Shown: piece by piece, positions 16,695-25,566 of the stretch
How positions within the stretch are numbered: position 1 is the stretch's first letter
How the letters are laid out: every line of letters starts with the position of its first letter
Source: a virus
Taxonomy: Duplodnaviria; Caudoviricetes
Virus record (IMG/VR): IMGVR_UViG_3300021440_000048
Span: 1 to 43,429 of that record
Length of the DNA: 43,429 bases
Strand: one strand, 5' to 3'
The notes under the pieces: generated by a model
Told to the model about the DNA's origin: nothing
Database searches by the model: none
Seen by the model: only the letters and a program-made list of their open reading frames with translations
Position numbers and translations under genes: made by a program

Positions 16695-17750
16695 ATGAAA
16701 ATCCTATGTGCTTATTCATCCATAGAATTCAATTGTGAGCATTTCCCTGGCACTCTTAATTCCAGAGAAGTAGCTCATCCAATATTCTATATTCCACAGA
16801 AACGATTACTTTCCTACACAGGTAAGTGGGCAGCAGGGGAATTAACTCCAATAGACTCATATTTGTTGTTTTTGAGCCTGCTTAACTCATCCGATCTAGT
16901 TAACTTCCGAGTCCCTGCAATCCGTACCCCTGATACTGATTCCATAATCGCATTAAATATGGAACCACTAACTAAAATCCTAATCCGTCTTAACATTGTC
17001 CCGGAAATAACTAAAGCATTTCCTAGTTATGTAATCACCCCGGAAACTAAGGATCTTTCCAATGTCCAATATTGGATACAGAATTGGAAAGAAGCATACA
17101 AGGATTTCAAGGATGGATATATTAGTGCGAACGAATCGCAGAAACTTATCCATCGAGAACTAGCTCTGGAAAGATTAATTAAGAATCCGCATAAACCTAT
17201 TTCCTCTTATGCGCGACAACTCAGTGAATGGGCCGCGGTTGCTGGAAAGTTTCCGGAGTGGAAAACATCCAGTCCTTTTACCGGTAAGACCCTTTCCTGC
17301 TCAGAATTATGGCAAGAAATAATCATTCGTGCATCTAAAGAAGAATCAATCTTCTCTGTTCCTCGTATTGATCTAGAGGATCTCCTAGAACACTGTGAAT
17401 GTAATATCCCTATCGGTTCAATATTTTCTAATGCCCTGTTCACAGTCCTCAGAAAGGCATTAGAAAAGCAAAAGAATTTCTTAGGTCTCGGAGATATAAA
17501 CATCGGCAAGGTATCTTATACAATCCTTCAAGCTGATACGTCCCCAGAATCTTTTAACATGCTTGCAATGATTAACTCCGCGCCGCCGGATAAACCTAAG
17601 CAGGAAGATTATCCTAACAAGCTATCTTATCTTAAAGCGAAGCTCAGATATGAGGCAGCTATTAACTCAGGTAGCCGGAACATTCAGGAAGTGCCCGCAC
17701 AATCCGAACAATCCGCAGTTAAAGTAACTCATAATAATACGGAGTTCTAA
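16695..17750 (+). CDS. Hypothetical protein (351 aa), no recognisable motif
   Basis: GAGG SD before ATG 16695; long ORF upstream of the helicase. Confidence 0.85.
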   Translation: MKILCAYSSIEFNCEHFPGTLNSREVAHPIFYIPQKRLLSYTGKWAAGELTPIDSYLLFLSLLNSSDLVNFRVPAIRTPDTDSIIALNMEPLTKILIRLNIVPEITKAFPSYVITPETKDLSNVQYWIQNWKEAYKDFKDGYISANESQKLIHRELALERLIKNPHKPISSYARQLSEWAAVAGKFPEWKTSSPFTGKTLSCSELWQEIIIRASKEESIFSVPRIDLEDLLEHCECNIPIGSIFSNALFTVLRKALEKQKNFLGLGDINIGKVSYTILQADTSPESFNMLAMINSAPPDKPKQEDYPNKLSYLKAKLRYEAAINSGSRNIQEVPAQSEQSAVKVTHNNTEF

Positions 17751-18065
17751 ATGAGCAAACAATCCGAAACTCTCCGAAACATTAAATATAAATTCACTCT
17801 CTCCCCATCTGAGCAGAATCTCCTGTCCCGCTATTACATAATCTACTGGCGTAGAGATTATCTATTCGAAACATTCAAAGATTCCCCCTACATAACTCAT
17901 CAGGATACCCAATACATCCCTGTTCTTGCTTCCCCAGCCGCTGAAATAATGTCATGTGAGGAAGTTAGGATTTCTTTCCGTAAGGAAAAGAATGCAGATA
18001 TTGGCTATGCTATTATCAAAACCTCAACAAAAATGAAAGATTCTAATCATGTCCATAGGATTTAA
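17751..18065 (+). CDS. Hypothetical protein (104 aa)
   Basis: GGAG SD; abuts the upstream stop. Confidence 0.7.
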   Translation: MSKQSETLRNIKYKFTLSPSEQNLLSRYYIIYWRRDYLFETFKDSPYITHQDTQYIPVLASPAAEIMSCEEVRISFRKEKNADIGYAIIKTSTKMKDSNHVHRI

Positions 18066-19734
18066 TCCCGCGAAACTAGCAGAACTGCGGGCTGCACTTT
18101 TAAAAAGAAGGGAGTTAGAACAAACTACTCCTATTATCGAAACTCCAGCAACCAAGGAAACCAAGGAACAATCCGCAGATGTAGGAACAGTCCGCACTGA
18201 TTCCACTATCCTAGACAAACATAACAAACCAATCACTCTAAATTCCAAGCAAATGGAATTTGTTTCCCTAGCTTCCTCCGGTCAATCCTGTGTTCTAATC
18301 GGTGCAGCAGGTACAGGTAAAACAACTTGTCAAAAAGCAGTTGTACAATCACTAATCAATAATGGTTTTCTAGGTTCATTAGATCCTCTAGGCCATAAAC
18401 ATCTTACCTCCAGATCTCCTGGAATCGCTATTGTTGCTTATACTCGCCGCGCAGTTGCTAACATTCGCAAAAATGTTTCCACTGACATGCAATCTAATTG
18501 CATCACAATCCATAAGCTCTTAGAATATCAACCAGTATATGAGGAATATACTGACCCTGAAACTTATGAGACCAAAACAAAAATGTCATTCCAGGCAACA
18601 AGGAATGCGCATAATCCGCTCCCTCCAACAATCCGTACACTAATCTTTGAAGAATCCTCAATGATTGGTTTAGATCTCTACAAGGAAGTTATAGATGCTT
18701 GTCCACATAACCCGCAGCTCATTTTCCTAGGAGATATTCAACAGCTCCCTCCGGTATTTGGTCCCGCAATCTTAGGGTTTAAACTTCTTGAACTTCCTGT
18801 TGTTGAACTCACAGAAGTATATAGACAAGCCCTAGAAAGCCCTATCATTTCACTTGCACATAGAATCCTATCTGGGAATCCAATACCTAAGGAAGAATTT
18901 CCAAAATGGAAATTTCAAGCCCAACTAACTCTACATCCTTGGAAAAAGAAAATCAGCGCGGACGATGCACTGAACACAGCAGGTATGTTTTTCGTATCCG
19001 CAGAAAAGGCCGGGGCATATGATCCAGAGCAAGATATCATCCTAATCCCATTTAATAAATCTTTCGGCACAGATGAATTAAACAAGATAATTGCTAACCA
19101 TCTCGCCCGGAAAAATGGCGCGGAAACATTTGAAATCATCGCGGGCTTTAATAAATACTATCTCTCTCCTGGAGATAAGGTTCTTTATGATAAAGAAGAT
19201 GCAACAATCATATCAATCATTCCTAACCCAGCATACACAGGCGCGAAACCACAAAATCATTCGACCACTTTAGATTATTGGGGACACAATCCTAACTTCA
19301 AAAACGATATCCTATCTGATGATTATAATGTAGATGCTTTCCTTGCACAAACTGCTGCAACATCTGGAGAAGATAGAGTTAGGCAAGCAAGCCATACAAT
19401 CAAACTAATGATGAATGATTCTGAGGTTGAGGTAACAATTGATAAGGCGGCGGACCTTAATTCCCTGCTCCTTGGTTATTGCCTAACAATTCACAAGGCA
19501 CAAGGATCTGAATTCAGGCGCGTTTACCTTGTTACTCATCAATCGCATAATACAATGCTTAGTAGAGAGCTTCTTTACACAGCAGTAACCCGAGCCAGAG
19601 AAGAATTGTACATTATCTGCGAAGATGATCATTTTGTAAAAGGAATTAAATCTCAACGCGTAAAAGGAAATACACTCGCAGAGAAGGCTGAACACTTCAA
19701 AGGAAAATTAAGGGGGGATGAAGTAATCTGCTGA
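18049..19734 (+). CDS. RecD/Dda-like SF1B DNA helicase
   Basis: GAAGTGKTT, TIHKLL, EESSM, GDIQQLPPV, LTEVYRQA, YCLTIHKAQGSEF and LLYTAVTRA motifs. Confidence 0.92.
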   Translation: MSIGFNPAKLAELRAALLKRRELEQTTPIIETPATKETKEQSADVGTVRTDSTILDKHNKPITLNSKQMEFVSLASSGQSCVLIGAAGTGKTTCQKAVVQSLINNGFLGSLDPLGHKHLTSRSPGIAIVAYTRRAVANIRKNVSTDMQSNCITIHKLLEYQPVYEEYTDPETYETKTKMSFQATRNAHNPLPPTIRTLIFEESSMIGLDLYKEVIDACPHNPQLIFLGDIQQLPPVFGPAILGFKLLELPVVELTEVYRQALESPIISLAHRILSGNPIPKEEFPKWKFQAQLTLHPWKKKISADDALNTAGMFFVSAEKAGAYDPEQDIILIPFNKSFGTDELNKIIANHLARKNGAETFEIIAGFNKYYLSPGDKVLYDKEDATIISIIPNPAYTGAKPQNHSTTLDYWGHNPNFKNDILSDDYNVDAFLAQTAATSGEDRVRQASHTIKLMMNDSEVEVTIDKAADLNSLLLGYCLTIHKAQGSEFRRVYLVTHQSHNTMLSRELLYTAVTRAREELYIICEDDHFVKGIKSQRVKGNTLAEKAEHFKGKLRGDEVIC

Positions 19735-20285
19735 TAGCTAGATCCCCCATAGGCACAGAATGGAATATCTGGTACACTAAATTCTTTTGAGGAGATTCCA
19801 ATGGGAATTAAATATGGAGACTTAGTTGCCACTATTCCATTCACGAGAAAAGGGCATATGTATTGGAAGTGTAAATGTAGGTGCGGAAAGGAAAAAGATA
19901 TAAGAGATGCACATCTAAAATCAGGAGCTTCTACTTCTTGTGGGTATTGTAATTATCATATTGATCATCCGCTTGCGCACAAATCTTGGGATAGTATGAA
20001 CCAAAGATGCAACAATCCAAATGCTCCAGACTATAAATATTATGGGGGAAGAGGAATTAAAGTAACTCTACACTGGCTAAGATTTATAGACTTTTTAGAT
20101 GATATGGGAGACCCTCCTATTTGTTCTATTACAGGAAGTAGATATACATTAGATAGGATAGATGTTAATGGAGATTATAGCAAAGAGAACTGTAAATGGT
20201 CTTCAATAGCAGAACAAAATAGGAACAGAACTAACACACTTCCAGAAGGAATAAAAAGATATTCCAGCGGCAACCGCAGAAATTA
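19711..20285 (+). mobile_element. Homing endonuclease cassette inserted at the helicase 3' end
   Basis: Flanked by two versions of the helicase C-terminus, KLRGDEVIC* and KLIKGDEVIS*. Boundaries approximate. Confidence 0.6.
19741..19778 (+). promoter_or_regulatory. Promoter of the HNH cassette (GATCCCCC-A-TAGGCA-N17-TACACT, extended -10 TG)
   Basis: TGGTACACT at 19770-19778; shares GATCCCCC with the putative late promoters. Confidence 0.45.
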
Positions 20286-20286
20286 A
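19801..20286 (+). CDS. Free-standing HNH-type homing endonuclease
   Basis: WKCKCRCG, STSCG, WDSMNQRC.NPN, YGGRGIKV and TLDRIDVNGDYSKENCKW...EQNRN motifs. GAGGAG SD. Confidence 0.88.
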   Translation: MGIKYGDLVATIPFTRKGHMYWKCKCRCGKEKDIRDAHLKSGASTSCGYCNYHIDHPLAHKSWDSMNQRCNNPNAPDYKYYGGRGIKVTLHWLRFIDFLDDMGDPPICSITGSRYTLDRIDVNGDYSKENCKWSSIAEQNRNRTNTLPEGIKRYSSGNRRN

Positions 20287-20308
20287 TCAAAGGTGATGAG
20301 GTAATATC

Positions 20309-20653
20309 ATGAGCAATGTTCCAGAGGATCCAATCTCCCTTCCGTTAGAGTCCATGGAAGAAAGGATAGCTGCATTGAAAGAATCCACGAATAAATTTGA
20401 AAAGGCCATGTATGAAATATTTAATGCTCCTATACAAACTGAATTTCTGGTAAGCAAAGAGTTTGTGGAAGCAGTGAGGAAATTAGCAGAGCAAGAACCT
20501 GTCTCATTGAGGAAGCTTAAAATCTATCCTCTGTTTTCCCTTCCAGAAGCGGAGGACTATACTCACGGGCAAAAACTTAAACCAAAAGCACAATGGAAAC
20601 AAGACAAGAGTAAGTTTAACTTTGCCCCTAAGGGTAAGAAAGGATTTAGGTAA
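20309..20653 (+). CDS. Hypothetical protein (114 aa, basic C-terminus)
   Basis: GAGGT SD. Confidence 0.75.
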   Translation: MSNVPEDPISLPLESMEERIAALKESTNKFEKAMYEIFNAPIQTEFLVSKEFVEAVRKLAEQEPVSLRKLKIYPLFSLPEAEDYTHGQKLKPKAQWKQDKSKFNFAPKGKKGFR

Positions 20654-20669
20654 GTCTATCGACGCGGGG

Positions 20670-20698
20670 TTGACACCGATCCCCGCCCCGTATATACT
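20670..20698 (+). promoter_or_regulatory. Near-consensus sigma70 promoter
   Basis: TTGACA-N17-TATACT, intergenic, upstream of ORF 20789. Confidence 0.8.
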
Positions 20699-20788
20699 CC
20701 GCGCAGCAGTTGAGAAATCTGCTTCGAAAATTCTCTTAGGTACTTAACCAAACCTAACAATCAATCTTTCTTTTCCTAGGAAACTAAC

Positions 20789-21439
20789 ATGACTGAACAA
20801 ACTACCTCCACATCCGCAACAGCAACAATTGCTCCAGCATTTGATAAGTCCCTTGACTCAAAAGATTTTATCTTCCGTTTCAAGAAAGATAAGCTGGGCA
20901 ATAAGCGTGCTAATGTGGAACTGAAAGGCTTTATCCCAAGTGTTGAAGGTATTGTAGATATCCTGCAGAAGGGCGGGAAAGGTCTGGAACTTCTGCAAGA
21001 AGTTATCTATGATACCATTCGTACTTCTATTGGTGCGGTAGTTTCTGATGATGAAACTTTCAGCCAAGCTAAGTATGATGCCACTGCCGCAGATTATACA
21101 TGGGATAAGATTGCTAATCAGCCCCGCGAAGATCGTCGTGCATCTTCTATCAGCGAAGAAGTTTGGCAAGCATTTGCAGCAGATTATCTGGCAGTTATGC
21201 CTTCTGTTGCTAATAAGACTGCTGAACAGCTTGGTAATGCAGTTGCTGTGTTCACTAAGAAGTTTGCTCAAGTTAAGACAAACAAGGAAGTCATCAAGAT
21301 GTTGAAGGCTCAACTTGGTTTGTATGTTGAGCATACAACTCGTGGAGAAGAGTTCCAAGAAATCATTGATCTGCTGGACCGGAAAGCGGATTCTTATCTG
21401 AATGCAAATGATACAGAACTGTTGGTTCAGAATCTGTAA
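20789..21439 (+). CDS. Hypothetical protein (216 aa)
   Basis: Has its own promoter and an AGGA SD. Confidence 0.88.
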   Translation: MTEQTTSTSATATIAPAFDKSLDSKDFIFRFKKDKLGNKRANVELKGFIPSVEGIVDILQKGGKGLELLQEVIYDTIRTSIGAVVSDDETFSQAKYDATAADYTWDKIANQPREDRRASSISEEVWQAFAADYLAVMPSVANKTAEQLGNAVAVFTKKFAQVKTNKEVIKMLKAQLGLYVEHTTRGEEFQEIIDLLDRKADSYLNANDTELLVQNL

Positions 21440-21455
21440 TTCTTTTAGTTAGATA

Positions 21456-21485
21456 ATACACCTGGGCATGTGTATAAAAGGCTCA
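21456..21485 (+). other. Compact H-type pseudoknot in the 3' UTR
   Basis: Stem ATACAC/GTGTAT; loop TGGGC pairs with downstream GCTCA after an AAAAG linker. Confidence 0.45.
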
Positions 21486-21522
21486 ATATTTATGTGTATA
21501 TTAATCTAATGTATCCATAAAT

Positions 21523-21792
21523 ATGAGACAGTATGAGCCAATATGGCACACCTTAAAAAGTCTCCCAGAGGAGCAAGCTAAAACAGTGGGCATTAAAATT
21601 ACTGCCCCTAGGGTAATGCATCGTCGAATAATTAAAGCAGTAACCAAGGAAAAATATAAGGACATTGGGTATAAGATATCCATTGAGCCTAGAGTAGCAA
21701 TCATGGAACATAGCAGGGCGGAAAGTGTAATAACCTTCACGCTAAGATTCAAACTAGGCTTGCAAAAGAATCTCAGGCCGCAAGATTTTTAA
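21523..21792 (+). CDS. Hypothetical basic protein (89 aa)
   Basis: On the operon strand and fills the intergenic gap. Confidence 0.7.
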   Translation: MRQYEPIWHTLKSLPEEQAKTVGIKITAPRVMHRRIIKAVTKEKYKDIGYKISIEPRVAIMEHSRAESVITFTLRFKLGLQKNLRPQDF

Positions 21793-21804
21793 CCCTTCAA
21801 TTTT

Positions 21805-22158
21805 ATGTCCCTTCTCTATCCTAATCATACAATCTTACGAACCAAACCAAAGGTAAAGGAACAGGTAACTAACATGGCACGCACTAAATCATTTGTTCTT
21901 ATCCACGGGAACAAACTAGCAGACACAGGTAAGGCAATCAGATTTCAAGTTCTCCGAATCAGGGAATTGGTACTAGATAAACCTATCACTGAATGGTTCC
22001 CTATCAGTCAGATTGATAAGATGTTTACTTCTCCAGAGCGGAATAAAGGAGAAGACTATATCATTGCAACAAGCTGGATTGTAGGGGAAAAGGGCTTGGA
22101 TAAGTTACCTGGAAAGATTGGCGGAGCAGTTGAAGAATTTGAGGGAGATGAAGAATGA
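21805..22158 (+). CDS. Hypothetical protein (117 aa; alternative start 21874)
   Basis: EWFPISQI motif; ATGA overlap with the next gene. Confidence 0.75.
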   Translation: MSLLYPNHTILRTKPKVKEQVTNMARTKSFVLIHGNKLADTGKAIRFQVLRIRELVLDKPITEWFPISQIDKMFTSPERNKGEDYIIATSWIVGEKGLDKLPGKIGGAVEEFEGDEE

Positions 22159-22445
22159 GCACTCCTATCCCTGAAGGTTTCGAGCTGAAAGAAAAGGTAG
22201 CACAGCTATCTGATATGCTACTTTCCAAACATCCTCTCATGCCTAAACTTCTGCGAGAGATCCATACAACTCTGCGACAATACCCAGAGCAAGTTACTGT
22301 ACTAGAGGAAAGCGAAATCTGTGCTATTGTTAATGGACTTAAAGTTCAGACACAAACAGAATTCGCAGCAACAGCAACTAAACCGGCGGCGGCAGCCTCT
22401 TTGGCAAAGAAGCTAAAATCTGGCAACGCTGCGGATCTTTTCTGA
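22155..22445 (+). CDS. Hypothetical helical protein (96 aa)
   Basis: Coupled start with GGAG upstream; ends in ADLF. Confidence 0.78.
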   Translation: MSTPIPEGFELKEKVAQLSDMLLSKHPLMPKLLREIHTTLRQYPEQVTVLEESEICAIVNGLKVQTQTEFAATATKPAAAASLAKKLKSGNAADLF

Positions 22446-22660
22446 TGGAGTTAAGAATCATGTCCCGAAACTATGCACACATATTCCCAATCAAGACTCC
22501 CTTCAAACCATCCATCATATCTGTTGCTTGCGCTGTACATTGTGTTTACTGGAAGGAATTGTATGGAAAGCAGGAACAATACGCAAGGAACAATCCGCAA
22601 GGCACTCGACACCAACTCAGTTCTGCGCATTGGATTGACGATCCAGTTCCTCCAGGCTAA
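22445..22660 (+). CDS. Hypothetical protein (71 aa)
   Basis: TGATG overlap with the upstream gene; CxxHC motif; overlaps ORF 22563. Confidence 0.35.
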   Translation: MELRIMSRNYAHIFPIKTPFKPSIISVACAVHCVYWKELYGKQEQYARNNPQGTRHQLSSAHWIDDPVPPG

Positions 22661-23072
22661 ACTATCCTACTCAGATTACAAACTCCTTCGAGATTGGCTC
22701 CAATGTGAGCCTCTTTCTATTTGTGAGAGGCAGATTTATTCTCCTCTTATGCAGGAAATATTATCATGTCTATCGAAGATTTCAACCTCGATTCATTTCT
22801 ATCAGATATACCAACTGGCGTCTCTGATCCTATCCGATCTGACACTTTCGGAACAACAGGAACTGTGCGAGAAGCTTTCAGGGAACCAGGATATGAAGGA
22901 AAGATTGACTATCGCATTCGACAGTTATCATATTCCTCGATCCTTACCCTCCATCAATGTCCGCGGAAGTTCCAACTTAACAGGCTCCGCTCAACATTCC
23001 GAACCGAAGAATCAATTAAGTCCACAATTACTTTCGCGTTTGGCCACATTGTTGGGGAAGGAATCCAGTTAG
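22563..23072 (+). CDS. Possible overlapping gene (169 aa)
   Basis: AAGGA SD at ATG 22563; overlaps the nuclease gene by 307 nt in another frame. Confidence 0.35.
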   Translation: MESRNNTQGTIRKALDTNSVLRIGLTIQFLQAKLSYSDYKLLRDWLQCEPLSICERQIYSPLMQEILSCLSKISTSIHFYQIYQLASLILSDLTLSEQQELCEKLSGNQDMKERLTIAFDSYHIPRSLPSINVRGSSNLTGSAQHSEPKNQLSPQLLSRLATLLGKESS

Positions 23073-23815
23073 CTCTGGAAGGGAAGTCAGAGGATGAAGT
23101 AATATTTAAGATGTTCTTAGGCTGGCATACTGATCTAGCAAATGTAGATGAGAAATCTTACAAGTCCTTCTGGTATGCAGTCATTGCGATACAAAGATTC
23201 TTCTCTATTAAGAAAGCGGGGTTCCTGGATGAATACGATCTTGTTTATATTGACAACATTCCTGCTTGTGAGCTTAGTTTTGTTATTAATTTCCCTGATG
23301 GTTTTAGACTTCGTGGATTTGTTGACGCTGTACTTAGGCACAAAGTCACTGGCGAAATCTTGGTACTTGAATGTAAAACCACAAATAGCGCGAATCTTAA
23401 TAGCGCAACTTATAAAAACAGTTCTCAAGCTATTGGCTATTCTGTTGTTCTTGACCATTTGTTTCCTGATCTATCCAGTTATAAAGTCCTCTACCTAATC
23501 TACCAGACAAAGCAACTGGAATACACACCTATTCCTTTCATAAAAACTTTCCTTCAGCGAGCACTTTGGATTCGGGAACTGCTTCTGGATATTGAAACAA
23601 TTAAACTATACGAGGATGCTGAAGTATACCCAATGCACGGAGAATCTTGCACATCTTTCGGGCGGGACTGTGAATATTTCCAGACCTGCACTTTGAGTAC
23701 AGAGCATCTAACTTCCCCATGCACACCTGAGGAAGAAGATAAGTTTGAGTACCAGGTAGTCATTAGTTTAGAAGAGCTGTTAGATTCACAACTTAGTAAA
23801 GCGAATATAGTTTAA
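22766..23815 (+). CDS. PD-(D/E)XK exonuclease, Cas4/AddB-like with probable Fe-S cysteines
   Basis: LSYSS..HQCPRKF, FGHIVG, RGFVDAV..VLECKT, QAIGY and C-terminal C..GRDCEYFQTC. Confidence 0.85.
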   Translation: MSIEDFNLDSFLSDIPTGVSDPIRSDTFGTTGTVREAFREPGYEGKIDYRIRQLSYSSILTLHQCPRKFQLNRLRSTFRTEESIKSTITFAFGHIVGEGIQLALEGKSEDEVIFKMFLGWHTDLANVDEKSYKSFWYAVIAIQRFFSIKKAGFLDEYDLVYIDNIPACELSFVINFPDGFRLRGFVDAVLRHKVTGEILVLECKTTNSANLNSATYKNSSQAIGYSVVLDHLFPDLSSYKVLYLIYQTKQLEYTPIPFIKTFLQRALWIRELLLDIETIKLYEDAEVYPMHGESCTSFGRDCEYFQTCTLSTEHLTSPCTPEEEDKFEYQVVISLEELLDSQLSKANIV

Positions 23816-23826
23816 GGAGACACATT

Positions 23827-24138
23827 ATGAGTAATTTTCTTCGCGATATCAAAGCAGTAATTGATACTGATACAATCGAAGCTGTCAATCTTGGAGGAAA
23901 GTTAGCTACAATTGTCTGGCCAGAAACATCAGATCCTAGAGAAGCGCCAGATAGCTATCATGGAAGACTTATTTCTTGGGAAGAAGCTCAGGAAGTTCTT
24001 AACTATGAGTATGATTCTGGTTATGGTCACATGGATTGCCATGATGTAACAATCTGGGGCAAAGAATACATTTACTACATTCACGAATATGATGGATCTA
24101 CCTGTGTTCACTGCATGTCAAGGAACCCAAAAGTTTGA
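23827..24138 (+). CDS. Hypothetical acidic protein (103 aa)
   Basis: AAGGAG SD; YDSGYG and HEYDGS motifs. Confidence 0.78.
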   Translation: MSNFLRDIKAVIDTDTIEAVNLGGKLATIVWPETSDPREAPDSYHGRLISWEEAQEVLNYEYDSGYGHMDCHDVTIWGKEYIYYIHEYDGSTCVHCMSRNPKV

Positions 24139-24149
24139 AAGGAATTAAT

Positions 24150-25037
24150 ATGAAACTATCCCAAAAAACCGCATCAAAGTCCCATCGAGTTCTACTATTC
24201 GGGGGACCAAAAGTAGGTAAGACAAAGCTTGCAGGAGATTTGTCAGACGCTTTTGATCTTCTATGGGTAGATATGGAGAATGGTGTAGATACTCTTCTGC
24301 AACTTCCCAAAGAGCAACAAGATAGGATTGAACTCATCTCTCTTCCTGACACACGTTCTTATCCAATAGCAATTGAAACTTGCTTGAAGATGATTAAGGG
24401 AAACAAAGGAACAATCTGTGAGAAGCACGGTAAATGGAACTGCATGCTCTGTCTTAAAGCAGGTGACCCAGCAATAGAAATTGAATTAAATGCTTTGCCT
24501 CTAACTACAGTAGTAGTCTTTGATTCCCTAACTCAACTTACCAACAGTGCAATCGCTAACATTACAAAGGGTAAGGATGATGATTACAAGATGCAGCATG
24601 ATGACTGGGGAAATCTAGGCAAGCTTATGGATACATTCCTATCTCACGTACAGAATGCTCCATTTAATATTGTGTGCATTAGTCATGAGACAGAAGTTGA
24701 AATGGAAGACGGAAAGAATAAACTTGTGCCTACTGCAGGAACAAGGAATTTCAGTAGGAATACAGCGAAGTATTTTGATGAGGTTGTTTACTGTGAAGTT
24801 AAGAACAAGAGACACATTGCAGCAAGTTCGACTACATATGCAAACAACATTCTTACAGGCTCACGAACAGGTTCTGTACTTGAGTCCGAAGCTAGTGCAT
24901 CTCTTATTCCAATCTTTAAAGGAGAAGTTAAGCCAGTAAACACAGGAGCAGCTAATGCAACTGGAACTCCAGCAGCTAGCGCACTATCTGGATTGGCCGC
25001 GCTGAAAGCAAATCTAGCCTCTGCATCCAAGAAATAA
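24150..25037 (+). CDS. Sak4/AAA_24-like P-loop ATPase (putative recombinase)
   Basis: GGPKVGKT, VDMENG, VVVFDSLT and CISHE motifs. AAAGGA SD. Lies between nuclease and SSB. Confidence 0.82.
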   Translation: MKLSQKTASKSHRVLLFGGPKVGKTKLAGDLSDAFDLLWVDMENGVDTLLQLPKEQQDRIELISLPDTRSYPIAIETCLKMIKGNKGTICEKHGKWNCMLCLKAGDPAIEIELNALPLTTVVVFDSLTQLTNSAIANITKGKDDDYKMQHDDWGNLGKLMDTFLSHVQNAPFNIVCISHETEVEMEDGKNKLVPTAGTRNFSRNTAKYFDEVVYCEVKNKRHIAASSTTYANNILTGSRTGSVLESEASASLIPIFKGEVKPVNTGAANATGTPAASALSGLAALKANLASASKK

Positions 25038-25047
25038 AGGATCTGTT

Positions 25048-25476
25048 ATGTCAAACACGGTAGTACAACCTATGACATTGCCAGATGAGCAGAAGCAATC
25101 ATTGTACAAGACCTGGAAATATTTTCAAGACTGCATTACTTTAATGACTCTTACAAAGGAAACTAAAATGGACATGCCGCAGAATGGTTCTATTGGAACT
25201 AATATAAATACTACTCTATCCCAACGAGCAAGCACTCACGGTGATTTCCGCACCAATGGTTATATCATGCAGAAACTGAAAGACCAGACCCGTGCAATGG
25301 ATGGATGGAAGAAACTGTCTCCAGAGCAACGTGAAGCACTCGATATGATCTGCCATAAAATTGGTAGGATTCTTACAGGTAATCCTAATGAGCCAGATCA
25401 TTGGCATGATATTGCAGGATATGCAACTCTAGTTGAGAATATTATCAAGACAGGTAAGTCACATCCATCTGCTTGA
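25048..25476 (+). CDS. DUF6378-like all-alpha protein
   Basis: R..THGDF, EALDMI.HKIGRILTG and DHWHDIAGYATL motifs; second SD-led ATG at 25168. Confidence 0.7.
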   Translation: MSNTVVQPMTLPDEQKQSLYKTWKYFQDCITLMTLTKETKMDMPQNGSIGTNINTTLSQRASTHGDFRTNGYIMQKLKDQTRAMDGWKKLSPEQREALDMICHKIGRILTGNPNEPDHWHDIAGYATLVENIIKTGKSHPSA

Positions 25477-25566
25477 TATTCCTTCGCTCTTTTAATCTTT
25501 CCGATCCGCTACCATCAACCAACCATTTAAGTTAATACTTAATCTTTAGTAGAAAGTACATCTATC

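Noticed and set aside
19711-20285. Group I intron carrying the HNH gene
   Set aside because: The helicase has its own stop before the insert, and only ~65 nt of non-coding DNA is available, too little for a ribozyme core.
22766-23815. CRISPR-Cas system implied by the Cas4-like gene
   Set aside because: No repeat-spacer array or other cas genes; context is a nuclease/Sak4/SSB recombination module.
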